Positions 36,115 through 48,641 of a stretch of 64,000 bases of DNA are shown piece after piece; the stretch's first letter is position 1, and every line of letters begins with the position of its first letter. The position numbers and the translations under genes are program-made. Source of the stretch: Fistulifera solaris (Eukaryota). The notes beneath the pieces were generated by a model that was given only the letters and a program-made list of their open reading frames with translations, was not told where the DNA came from and ran no database searches. The stretch spans positions 992,001-1,056,000 of the forward strand of contig AP026123.1 in assembly GCA_030295235.1 (NCBI GenBank), read 5' to 3'.

Positions 36115-37798
36115 ATGAGTCGGTTGGTGATACTTTTTGTGACGTTCCTCACCGTGCTTGGCAAAAACGAGAGCGTTTTCTCAGATTTCGACCCCGAGGC
36201 TGAACGATCCATGTCTTGTCGATCGGATGAGGGTCAATGCTACGTTAATTGGCATGACTCCGTGAACGTTGGCGGGTCGATTGCAACATTGATGTCGCCA
36301 AATAACACGAACAGTAGCGATTTCTCATCCGGGCTTGCGGCTCTTCAACAGCTTGTTGATGACGTCTACAGCGACGGACGCAGAATGCGAGCCTACGGAT
36401 CCAAATGGTCTCTTAGCAATGTTGCATACACAAATGATGTTATGCTGAACTCACAAGGGCTTACTTACTGCAAAGTTGGTATCGATGATGAAAGTCATGT
36501 GACTTCTGCATACAAAGACATTCGAAATCGTTTAGCTATCGTGCAAGCTGGAATGATGGTGAGAGATGTTCACCAAGCTCTCAAGGTGAAAAACTTAGCG
36601 TTATCAACCACTGGAGCCGGAGATGGCCAGCGATTTGCAGGTGCGATTAGTACGGGAACACATGGCTCCGCGTTGCACTACGGTGCGATGCAAGAATTCG
36701 TCCGCGCGTTGCACATTGTAGTTCCAGGGGAGCACGTTCTGCTCCAGAGATCTACCGATCCGGTGATCACGGACGCGTTCGGTGAATGGATGGACAATGC
36801 CCGCGTCATCGCCAATGATACGCTGTTCGATGCAGCAGTTGTCAGCTTTGGTAGCTTCGGAGTCATCCACGCATTAATTTTCGAAGCAGAACCCCTTTAC
36901 GAGCTGAAGTTACAGTCGAAGCAATTTAGTTACGACAGAATCAAGCCTGTTCTTGAATCGCTCGATCCAAGCTCGCTCGGCTTTGACGGAATCAATTCCG
37001 ATTTGCCGTTTCATTTTGAAGTTGCCATCAATCCGTACAATCGTAACACAAATGGATGTTTTGTCCGTCTGTTCGAGAAGGTGACGCTTTCAGACGAAGA
37101 ATTTCAGATTCAGCAAGAAACTGGATTGCTAGACGCGTATGATCCCGAAGAGACTGACTTGTTTGAGGCAGTTGGTCAGGCTTTTAGGCCTTCAATGGGA
37201 CTACTCCCTACCGCGGCGATGAGAAAGGTGGTATTTGGCAGGGGGGTTCAGTTTGCGTTGCGCAAAGTCTTCCAAACTAAATCAAGAACAGAACAAAGTA
37301 AGACAAAGAAACCATATGAGTGGTTTACCTTCAAGGGCGCACACGATCCATCGACAATGTCACCGGTCCCTGGAACTGCCTTTGAGATTGGAGTACCAGC
37401 TGAGCGAGTTGTCGAGGCTGTCGAGCTCATTTTCAGCATTGTGGATACTGACCCACTGGCTGCCCCTGTCGCGATTCGCTTCATCAAAAAGTCTAGGGCG
37501 ACTTTAGCTTTTACAAAGTTCAATCTGACTGCTTCTATTGAAGTTTCTGGTCCTTACGATCGTGTCTTTTTTCGAAGCCAAATAGAGATTCGGAACAGAA
37601 TTTATGAAGCAATGGCTACCAGTGGAATACCGCACACCTACCATTGGGGACAGGGCTTTCCCGTGAATGACGTATGGATACCGTCTGCTTTTTGGGGGGC
37701 AGCTCGATACGTGGAAAAAAACACGGGCTGAGTTTTTGGGTGACGCTATTGACACTTTTTCCAGTGATCTGTTGGAAGATATTGGATTGTATCCGTAA
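36115..37798 (+). CDS. Secreted FAD-linked oxidase (VAO/PCMH fold, aldonolactone oxidase-like), copy 1
   Basis: Signal peptide, 'RAYGSKWSLS', 'GAISTGTHGS', 'VSFGSFGVI', 'HWGQ'. Indels in homopolymers at 37689-37721; the true end is 'IGLYP*'. Confidence 0.85.
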
Positions 37799-38723
37799 TT
37801 TGAATACTCCAGAAGGATGCTACCTGCTTCGAGAAACTGATTACATTGCTCTATGAATCTCCTCTTTTCACTTCGAGCGCCTTATAGATAGAATTAGATG
37901 CTACGAAGTATTGCGTTTGCAAGTCAGAGCTGGTGCCGACTTTTTCCATGTTTGTGGTGAGATGGTTGAAATATAGCTGTTTGAAAACCGTGCCCCAACA
38001 AGCTGCCATTCATAACCATAGCTATATCTATCAAAGTTGTCGCTTTATCTTCGATTTGCTATTTAGTTGCTCATTCACGTATTGCTACTTCGGAGAAAAA
38101 TTAGTCTGCTTGAAGCCTTTTGTTCTCATTCATTTCATCATAAAATCGAACTGCTGCTCTGGGTTCGGGTCGGATTCGTCAGCGCCGGGCGACCCAACGC
38201 GAAGCCGACCGACCTACTTGTATTTTCATGCAAAATCCGAACCCTTTGTTTGTCGAAAACCACATTCGCATCCATTATTTGTTCTTCATAATTTTCTGTC
38301 AACGGGATGCGAACCTAAAGAATGACCGAGGGCCGTTCCATCGTCGCGTAGCGAAACAAAGGTGCTGACTAATAATACGTGAAACACAGCACGCATTAGG
38401 CTAGTGATTTTCACTAGTAAATGCGAATAATGAAATGTGTAGCTGAGCAAGGCGCAACAAACACATGAGTCGCATTTCAGTGACATAAATGTTCGCTTTC
38501 GGGGGCTAAAGGCTAATAGCTCGACGCGAATACCATGTACAGAGCAGAGAGCCTTTTGCAGAGTAAAGATCAGAACCTTTGCCATTGCCTTTATTCCCTC
38601 ATGACAACGAGAATCGAACCTGAAATCAATTATGCCTCTCCTCGGTAAAGAGTTGCGATGCTCATAAAATACAACCAGATATCACGGCAAAAATACAAAT
38701 TTCTGAAAATCTTCACTGATTCG

Positions 38724-40402
38724 ATGATTCGTTCAACACTACTGTGCGCTCTTTGTTTCACTTCGTCCAGTGCTGCCGAAAGAGATTTTTATCTGCGAGA
38801 TCCTAATGTTGTAAAAACGTTGGCTTGTCGTCGGCACGAGGATCGATGTTTCCTCAACTGGTACAAGTCTATCAACGTTGGTGGTCCAATAGAAGCCCTG
38901 GAGGCTCCAAATAACACTGATAGCACCGACTTTTCGTCTGGTCTTGCGGCCATCCGAGAGATCGTTGACGAAGCTTTCGACGACGGTCTCAGAATCCGAG
39001 CTCATGGATCCAAGTGGTCGCTCAGTAATGCCGCCTACACAAACGATGTAATGATGAACTCACAAGGGCTTACTTACTGCAAAGTCGGTATCGATGATGA
39101 AAGTCACGTGGCTGATGCATACAAAGACATTCGGAATCGGCTGGCGATCGTCCAGTCGGGTGTGATGGTGAGGGATCTTCACCAGATACTCAAGAATCAC
39201 TCGTTGGCATTGCCTACATCGGTGGCTGCAGGTGGGGAACGCCTAGTAGGGGCAGTCAGCACGGGTGCTCATGGTTCAGCGCAGGCCTACGGCGCAATGC
39301 AGGAAATTGTGCGCGCTATACATGTTGTTATTCCAGGCGGGCACTTTTTGATTCAAAGAGCTACTGATCCAGTTATTACCGAAGCCTTTGGAGTTTGGCT
39401 GGATGGAGCCATCGTCATCAGTGACGACACTCTGTTTGATGCGGCACTTGTCAGCTTTGGCAGCTTCGGAATCATTCACGCGGTAGTCATCGAAACCGAA
39501 CCACTTTACGGATTGAAGTTACAATCGAAGCAATTCAGCTACGACAAGGTCAGGCCTATTCTCGAGTCACTAAATCCAAGCTCACTTGGTTTCGATGGAA
39601 TCGGAACAGAGTTGCCCTTCCACTTCGAAGTTTCATTCAATCCCTACAAGCGTAATAAGGATGGTTGCTTCGTCCGATTGTTTGAAAAAGTTGAACTTCC
39701 CGAAGAAGACTTGAGCATTCAACAGGAGAGTGAAATGTTGAAGACCTACAGACCGACAAACTTGTTTGAGGCGCTTGACCAGACAATTACAACCTCAATG
39801 GCGCTACTCCCTACGACCACTTTGAAAAGATTGTGTTCGGTAAGGGTGTACAAGCTGTGTTGCAGAACGTATTCCGGACGACATCCCCTGCGGATCAGGG
39901 TCAGGTAAGGAAGTCCTACGAATGGTTCAATTTCGAAGGAGCCAACTACGCATCGTCGGAAGGCCCACTCGCCGGAACGAGCATCGAGATTGGTGTACCA
40001 GCCGATCGAGTAGTCGAGGCCATTGAAATCATCTTCAAGATTGTCGACCGCGACCCCATGGCCGCACCAGTTGCCGTGCGCCTCGTCAAAAAATCCGGCG
40101 CGACGTTGGCGTTTACCAAGTATGATCTTACCGCCACCATTGAAATGCCGGGTCCGTGCGATCGCATCCTTTTCCGACACCGACTCAGGATTACGCAAAT
40201 GATCTTTAAAGCGTTTGCCGCCAGTGACATACCGCATACATATCACTGGGGTCAGCAGTTTCCATTGAATGACGTATGGGTGCCCAAAGCCTTTGGAGAA
40301 GATGTCGTAGAGACATGGAAGGAGACACGCGCCGACTTCTTGGGTGATGCGCTCGACACGTTTTCAAACGAAATGATGGAGGACCTTGGGTTGTACCCTT
40401 AG
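38724..40402 (+). CDS. Secreted FAD-linked oxidase, copy 2
   Basis: 'MIRSTLLCALCFTSSSA' signal, 'RAHGSKWSLS', 'GAVSTGAHGS', 'HWGQ', 'LGLYP*'. One indel near 39825. Confidence 0.85.
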
Positions 40403-41449
40403 TTGACTTTCTGTTTTCAGGATTGAGTAGCATCATTTCATGATCCAACAATTACATAACTTATATGCATAGCGATTGCATTTGAACACGACAGAACACA
40501 GAACGTTCTTTCATCGTAGCAGTTCTCTGTCTTGGTTGTTACGCGCTCTATCCTCTAAATCTGCGAGGTTTGCGAAGGAACAAAGCAAACAAAAAACTCA
40601 GGATAATCGAGTAAATCCTGAAGAGAATAGCAAAGGCAACAGCTCCTTTATTAGGTCAATCTTAAAAACTAGAGCGATGATCAATGGTCGCGTTCCAAGT
40701 TTCACACAAAATGCGTGCAGCATCGCATTATTTTTGGCTTGGGTTGAGCTAGCTTACGGTAAGGTTAGGGACTAGGGACTCGATAATTATTCATCTATCA
40801 CCGAGTACAAAGAGAAAACAGAGAACAACAGAGAACCGATTACCCTCTACCGTTAACTATCAACAAGTCGACAAGGAACCCTCGAAGCTTGAAGCGCCAT
40901 TGCTACTACGTACATAGTACACCTTTGTATCGACGATCGACGATCTATTTGTTCAAGGTTCAAGCGCCAAGCGCTGTGCTGTGCGGACTTTTTGGAGTTT
41001 CGCTTTCTGTCTGTACTGGGAGATGGCATCATTGACAATAAGTTTTTAGGCCACGTCACATTTTAAATACTCCGTAAGATTTAGTATTATGTGTATTGTG
41101 TTTCACACAATCACACATCACAGAATTATAAAGTACAGTATCTTACGTACTCCGTACGTTGTATGTTACCTGTTACTACGTAGTACTCCGTACTTACTTA
41201 CAGTAATCTACTTACTGTAGTCTTCTTGTTCGAGGATTTTCCAAGAACACAGCCAACACCAAGCACAATCACTGACTCGACGGAGAAGAAAGAAGAGACA
41301 AGAGACTGATTGCAGTTTGCATTATGCATGCTGAAGCAATAATATAGAAACAAGCCTCTCTACAAACCTTGAACAAACAAAGAGTGCCAATTGGCAACTA
41401 GCTAGGCAGCCAACGCACGTCAAACATAGTAAAGAATATTCAACTGAGA

Positions 41450-43159
41450 ATGAAGATGAACCGGACGACAATCCTTTATTTCGCGATTTGTTTGGCGCGA
41501 GTGGGAGGGCTAAATGGCGAGGAGATGCGTGATAGCCGCCTCTCTTCGTGTGGCAGAAATGACGATCAATGCTTTACCAATTGGTACAAATCAGTTGGTG
41601 TAGGCGGCGTCGTAGACGAGATTGTGAATCCGACCAACCAACAGAACACCGGTTTAATAATAGATGAAAGCAAATCGTTTTTGAATGGACTTACTCTCCT
41701 CACAGAACTGGTCGATCGCGTCTACAGCGAAGGGCTGAGAACCCGGGCGCACGGATCTAAATGGTCTCTCAATAATATGGCATACACAGACGATGTCGTG
41801 GTCAACTCGCAAGGACTAACTTACAGAAAGATTGGTATCGAAGATGAGACGCACGTAACTCCAGAGTACAAAGACATTCGCAATCGCTTGGCCATAGTCC
41901 AATCGGGAGTCATGACCACGGATATCAACAAAGATTTATCTGAGCAATCACTTGCGCTATCCACCAATGCCGCTACTGATGGACAACGTCTCGTCGGGGC
42001 GATTAGTACGGGGACCCACGGCTCCGCTGTGAACTATGGATCGATGCCAGAATTCGTTCGCGCCATCCATATCGTTATCCCTGGAGAACATGTTCTGATC
42101 CAAAGGGCATCTGACCCAGTAATCACGGAGTCATTCGGTGAATGGTTGGGTGGAGCTCGCGTCATCAACGATGATACACTATTCAATGCTGCTGTTGTCA
42201 GCTTTGGTAGCTTTGGGATTATACACGCATTAATCATCGAGGCCGAACCTCTTTACAAGCTAAGGTTGCAGTCGAAACAGTTCAATTACGATCAAGTCCG
42301 ACCTGTATTGGAGTCTCTTGATCCGAGTTCACTTGGTTTCGAAGGAATAGGATCCGAATTGCCTTTTCACTTTGAAGTCGCTATCAATGTCTATAGACGC
42401 AACAATGGCGGTTGTTTCGTCCGCTTGTTTGAAAAGGTAGCCGTTACCGACCAAGCGTTCAGCACGCAAGCAGAAGGAAATGTCTTTAGTCGCGAGGGTA
42501 CAAACGATACTGATATCGACCTCTACGAAGCTATGGGAACGGCGTTTCGTCCTACAATGGGACTTCTTCCCTCGGCATTTCTGAAGCGTAGAGTTTATGG
42601 TCGAGTGTTGCAGATTGTTTTGCGTAACTTCTTCAAAACCAACCGGAGATGGTTGCAGGGCACTTCCAGAAAACCGCACGAGTGGTTCACCTCCCGAAAC
42701 AATGGCAGCCCCTCCACGACGTCGCCGATCGCTGGAACAGGTTTAGAATTCGGTGTACCAGCCGACCGAGTTGTTGAAGTTATTGAAATTATTTTTGACA
42801 TTGTGAGAGACGACCCACTGGCTGGACAAATAGCTATGCGATTCATCAAAAAGTCCAGCGCAACACTAGGTTTTAACAAATACGACTTGACCGCCACTGT
42901 CGAGATGTCGGGTCCCTATGATGATGTCTTTTTCCGAAATCAAGGACGAGTGCGGCAAAAAATAAAAGACGCTATTGCAGCGAGTGGGATCCCTCACACG
43001 TATCACTGGGGTCAAGGTCTTCCGATCAACGATGTGTGGGTGCGGAATGCCTATGGCTCTAGCGTTGACGAGTGGAAGCAAGCGCGCTTGGACTTCCTAG
43101 GCGATGCCATCGACACCTTTTCAAACGATCTACTAGAAGACCTTGGTCTATACCCTTGA
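41450..43159 (+). CDS. Secreted FAD-linked oxidase, copy 3 (intact ORF)
   Basis: 569-aa ORF with signal peptide, 'RAHGSKWSLN', 'GAISTGTHGS', 'HWGQ', 'LGLYP*'. Confidence 0.87.
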   Translation: MKMNRTTILYFAICLARVGGLNGEEMRDSRLSSCGRNDDQCFTNWYKSVGVGGVVDEIVNPTNQQNTGLIIDESKSFLNGLTLLTELVDRVYSEGLRTRAHGSKWSLNNMAYTDDVVVNSQGLTYRKIGIEDETHVTPEYKDIRNRLAIVQSGVMTTDINKDLSEQSLALSTNAATDGQRLVGAISTGTHGSAVNYGSMPEFVRAIHIVIPGEHVLIQRASDPVITESFGEWLGGARVINDDTLFNAAVVSFGSFGIIHALIIEAEPLYKLRLQSKQFNYDQVRPVLESLDPSSLGFEGIGSELPFHFEVAINVYRRNNGGCFVRLFEKVAVTDQAFSTQAEGNVFSREGTNDTDIDLYEAMGTAFRPTMGLLPSAFLKRRVYGRVLQIVLRNFFKTNRRWLQGTSRKPHEWFTSRNNGSPSTTSPIAGTGLEFGVPADRVVEVIEIIFDIVRDDPLAGQIAMRFIKKSSATLGFNKYDLTATVEMSGPYDDVFFRNQGRVRQKIKDAIAASGIPHTYHWGQGLPINDVWVRNAYGSSVDEWKQARLDFLGDAIDTFSNDLLEDLGLYP

Positions 43160-43782
43160 TTTGCTGATTCTTGCTGTTGTGAAGTTCGGGAAAGACTGCG
43201 TCCCATTGCAATAGGGCTCTCGAGTAGATTGAGATGTCAGCTTTAAAGTAATCGCCAAAGATTTTCTTCGCCAAACCTGACTCATCATCGTCATCTAGCT
43301 AAAATAAAACTAGATCTTCTATCATAGAGAGCACACAAACAAATCTTACCTTGATGACCAAGAGGTTGAGATTTATGTGATCAAAAAAGTTTCGTTTGTC
43401 GTGCTTTGTCCGCCTTTCCAAAACTTCGGCCGAGGGGGGCGTTTCGGATCTACAAAAGATGTGTCGGCTCGCGTTTAATTAGGCCCCGGTTTAGGCTTCC
43501 GTTGTACACGTTCTGATATAGTCTTGTGTGAGACCCTAAGTAATACGTACTGCACATACAAATCGTACTCTTCGCTGCCTTTAAAGAGTCACCAGTGGAC
43601 CGTTAAGTGGCCCAATGCAATCCGAAGGAACGCAAATAAAGCTTTTTCTCCTCCGTCATGCATTTTCTTCATAAACAAGCAATGCGAAACGAGAACCTCT
43701 TGGCATAAATAATATTCAACTTCATTCATTCATAAATGAATCATTTATACCCTTCAAAACTCGAAGACTATTCTTTCATGCT

Positions 43783-45464
43783 ATGCTCCGATCGACCTTC
43801 TTATGCGCTCTTTGCTTCACTTCGTTGAGTGCGGCTCAACGAGATCTCTTTATCGAGACCCCGACGCAGTACACGCTCTGGCTTGTAAACCCGATGAGGA
43901 TCAATGCTACATCAATTGGCACAAGTCTATCAATGTCGGAGGAAAAGTCGAGACACTGCTGGCTCCCAACAACACGGATAGTACCGATTTCTCGTCCGGA
44001 CTCGCGGCCCTCCGACAGATTGTCGATCAAGTGGCGAGTGAGGGGCGGAGGATCAAAGCTTTCGGATCGACGTGGTCGTTGAGCAATGTTGCCTACACAG
44101 AGGAAGTAATGATCAATTCACAAGGCCTGACTTATTGCAAAGTCGGTATCGATGATGAAAGTCACGTGACAGCTGCATTCAAAGACATTCGGAATCGGCT
44201 GGCGATCGTACAAGCTGGAATGATGGTGAGAGATGTTCACCAAGCTCTCAAGGTGAAAAATCTAGCTCTCTCCACCACTGGGGCTGGAGACGGTCAGCGT
44301 TTTGCGGGAGCGATCAGTACGGGAACACATGGTTCTGCACTGCATTACGGTGCAATGCAAGAATTTGTACGCGCATTACACATTGTGATCCCAGGGGAGC
44401 ACGTTCTGCTCCAGAGATCTACCGATCCGGTGATCACGGACGCGTTCGGTGTATGGATGGATGGAACTCGCGTCATTAGCGACGACACATTGTTCGATGC
44501 AGCGGTTGTCAGCTTTGGTAGCTTTGGAATCATTCACGCGTTAATCATTGAAGCCGAGCCGCTTTATGAGTTGAAATTCCAATCAAAGCAGTTCAACTAC
44601 GGACAGGTCAGGCCTGTTCTGCAGTCACTCGACCCGAGCTCACTGGGCTTTAAAGGGATCGGATCTGAGATGCCGTTTCATTTCGAAATTGCAATTAATC
44701 CTTACAGACGCAACCAAGATGGGTGTTTTGTCCGTTTATTTGAGAAAGTGACGTTATCGAACGAGGAGTTTCGAGTACAGCAAGAGAGTGGCATGCTGGA
44801 CGCGTATGATCCCGAAGACACCGATTTGTTCGAGGCAGTCGGCCAGGCGTTCAAACCGGCAATGGGACTGCTGCCTACGCCTTTGCTGAGACGTTTGGTT
44901 TTTGGCAGGGGTGTGCAGTTCGCATTACGTAGGGTTTTTCAGACAAAAGCCAGAAGGGAGCAGGGTCAGACAAAGAAACCTTACGAATGGTTCACATTTA
45001 AGGGTGCACACGATCCAGCGACAAAGTCTCCAGTGCCTGGAACTGGTCTGGAGATCGGTGTACCTGTTGATCGAGTGGTCGAGGCTATCGAGCTAATCTT
45101 TGCTATTGTGGACTCCGACCCACTGGCTGCCCCTATCGCTATTCGCTTCATTAAGAAGTCAAGAGCGACACTGGCTTTTACAAAGTATGACTTGACGGCG
45201 TCCATTGAGATATCGGGTCCCTATGACAGGGGTGCGTTTCGCCGTCAAATAAAGACTCGCAATCAAATTTTTGAAACCTTGGCTGCCAACGGATTACCAC
45301 ATACCTATCATTGGGGACAAAATTTCCCGGTGAATGATGAATGGGTTCGTAATGCATTTGAGGCAGATGTTGACGTATGGAAAGATGCCCGTTCTAACTT
45401 TTTGGGGGACTCCATCGACATCTTTTCGAATGATCTTTTGGAGCAAATTGGTCTGTATCCATGA
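43783..45464 (+). CDS. Secreted FAD-linked oxidase, copy 4
   Basis: 'MLRSTFLCALCFTSLSA' signal joined by one indel near 43850 to ORF 43803. 'KAFGSTWSLS', 'HWGQ', 'IGLYP*'. Confidence 0.85.
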
Positions 45465-45562
45465 GTCCCCCGATTCACCGAAATAGATCGTTGAGTAATA
45501 GAACATGTATTGATAGAAATTAGATTGGAAACAGTTACATATAGATTTTGGATGAAAATTAT

Positions 45563-48088
45563 CTAGTGTTCTCGGAGCAAGTGTTCTCGGAGCAAGTGGT
45601 TTTCAAGCTGTTGCCGAGAATCGAAGATCATGTCACATGATGCACAGTAAAGACCATGGATCTCACGACAGTGAATATCTCTCGAGTATATTCCGTTAAA
45701 TATTCGATGGCACTCTCCACATGCAAACTGCTTCCTTGACGATCCGACGGATAGCATTGTGCTTGCTGAGTCGCTAATCTCGCTTCGAAGCGAATGGAAA
45801 TCGTGTATGTCGTCCGCTGTCGTTGGCTCCGCTCGATATATTGTAGATTGTGTCTTTTCAGGAACCCAAGAATATCGGTGGCGGTGTTTTTGCCAGAATA
45901 TTTGAGTAATCTCTCCGTATATGGATCATCAATGTAGACCGTATTTCCTCTATCCACTGTTTGACCAGCTTGATCGTGTGCTTGAATACAGCACTCCGCG
46001 GCGTCAAACCTCAGAACATTCCGTACTGCGATGTGTCGCTCCTCATCGAAAAAGGTGAGCCGACGGAGTAGATTTCGTCTTTTAATTTTCAGGTTACTGA
46101 TATCACCATCACAGAGAAGAAGTTGATGTCGAAGTTTTTCTTCGTTTTCTCGACCACTGCTATCCTGAAAGACAATCGTATCCTCGTGGAACTGCGATGA
46201 TACGATATCAATCACATCAATCTCTTTCTTCTCTTCTTCGTAAAAATCGTAAATGTCCACCTGTTCTTTTCAATGGAACACCCTTGGATAATCCTTAGAA
46301 GATCCCTTGCTGAGCAATTTCTCTTACACTTTTGGCCTTTGAAATTATCCATGGGGCCAGAAGATGCAGGACAGGCAATAAATCCCACGGTTTGAGTTTT
46401 CAGAAAGACATTCAAACGACCTGCTCTCTTGTCGGTCCGATCAAATGTCATTACACAGCTGTCTGCCTCAAAGTGTGTTTCTTGATAGCTTGGCTCAGTG
46501 GCCAAGATCCCGCGCACGAAATCAGGAGTCCAACCTTTAACGCTACTATCACCAATCTCCGCTGCAGATGAAGAGGTGCATGACAGAATTTCGAGAGATT
46601 GCTTCTCAGAAACATGATCCGGAACCCACCCTTCACTCCCAACAACACGATAAAAAGATGTCCCCGTGTCAACATTCGTTACCTTTCGATCACATTGAAT
46701 TAAAGACTCTGGATAGAATGCGATCTTATTGGCGAAAAACCCTTCTTGGGCATCGATTGGATGACGCACCAAATGTACCTTCTCCGAATTATTTCGCACC
46801 ATACACTCCCAGTAACCTGATACGAAAGGAACGACTTTCATCACTTGATGATGATTCCGATTCTCATACAGCCACCCTGATCCATCGGCAAGGTACAAAA
46901 GGGTCCGTTTCCGTGTTGCTCGAAATCCGGAGAATGTCGAATTACTTTCACGACCACCATGTCACCTTTTTTAATTCGCAACTCGTCAGCTCTTTGACTG
47001 TTGTACGTAATATCGGTACGGGTCTGAATGAAAAGATCGTCGGTAAGAGCCTGATAAACTGCATACTGATTCAACAAGACGAGATTGTCAGCGATTAAAC
47101 ATCTCCGTTCGTCGCTACTGCCCTCAATTTTGGCCATCGGTGCTCTAGTTCGATCGAATACCCAACCGGGTGAAGCTACCGTTGATGCAACTTGGTGTGT
47201 AAATTTGACTATGTCTCTCATTGAATGAAGAACCGTATAGCCTTCCTCGTCTGCTGATTCCCCCGTGCCTTCTCTTTCTAGTGAAGCTGTTGATAGTAAG
47301 TGCTGAAAAGACTCGCCACCACGTTTCAAAGGGCTTTCTTCGCTCCCTCCAACACTGCATGACTGTAAGCGGTAGAAAATAACTCCTGTTGTTGGATGCT
47401 TCACGCGGGTGTCGCAGTATATTCTTTGGAGTGGCAATATTGTGCGGTTCAACTTCTTCTGATTGTGAATCTTTTCCGAAGGCAGTACCTCGGGCGAGTC
47501 CGTGGGGTGGCTACGAATGGTAACCCCTTCAGGAAAATTGTCTACGCACCACGACCAAAGACCCTTTTCTATAGCTACTTTCTTCGCAGCAACTTCGTCA
47601 CCGAACCGTGCAGCGACCCAACCGGAAAGATCAGCTAAACGGAGGAAGACGTTTTCTCCGACCTTGATCACGTGGTCAACCTCAACCATCTCGGAACAAC
47701 GAATGGACATTGCTTGAGTATGGTCAGACGCACTAGAAATTGAAGATCTCTCACTCTCAGTTTGCTCTTCCGGATCTTCTTCTGCTTCGAGATCATCGTC
47801 ATCGTCGTCGGATAGCAGTTCAACGATTGTCTCGTCAATGTCTGAATCGGCGACACTATCATCGTCCATACTAGATGCTGCACTGACGCTCTCATTATTG
47901 CGTGGTACACTGAAGAAGTCAATGATGTTACGGCGGACAAGCACTCCATCCTTCCGGACAATTTGGTAAACGAAAGGACCTTCTTCGATTACCGGCACAT
48001 CGAAAATGCCATTATGCTTTCGATCCACCTCCTGCAACGTTACCTCAATGTCTCCCCCTAAACATGATGTATTTAGGGTTTCCTTCAT
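45563..48088 (-). CDS. Large protein with repeated SH3-like 'F(L/Y)RL-D-SGW' modules and two C-terminal C2H2 zinc fingers (frameshifted)
   Basis: Four consecutive overlapping minus-strand ORFs: 'FLRLADLSGWV', 'YLADGSGWLYE', 'FYRVVGSEGWV', then 'CGEC...HCREIH' and 'CASC...HLLREH'. Confidence 0.6.
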
Positions 48089-48641
48089 TGTGATTGTTTT
48101 CCTGTTGAAATCAATTTCTATGTTGTCGCGAAGTGTTGTGAGCAGCTTGGGAAGAAAAAAATAAAAAATGGCTTCGTGTGAGCATTGTGAGCATCGGCGA
48201 TATTTCGCGCGAAATGACGGCATGCGCACGTCGCAGATTAAGTATAAAACGTCTTTCTCGTTTCTTTAGTACTACAAACATGTCGCGAAGAACGTGGCAA
48301 AGAACCGAACTGACAAAGTTGTGTCTTTCACTTAACCGGATTAATTAGACTGTCTCAAGAGTACATGTACTCGCATGTATCCAACAGACATTGAGCTGAC
48401 TGTTGGTTGGACACTATGAGCTAAATACTGCAAATTATTTAGAACATCGGCCGCCATACGTAAGACGTAAGTACTGTAGCGCATTTATTCAGCGGGAGGA
48501 GAAGCGCCATTTTTGTCGTCCACGCAGCCCCCCAAAACAGCAACAATAATGAGAGGCAAAGGTTGTGAAACTATTGCTATTTTCTTTATTAACAGAAAAA
48601 AATTAGCAAGGAACAATATCATACAAGACATATACGAGAAT

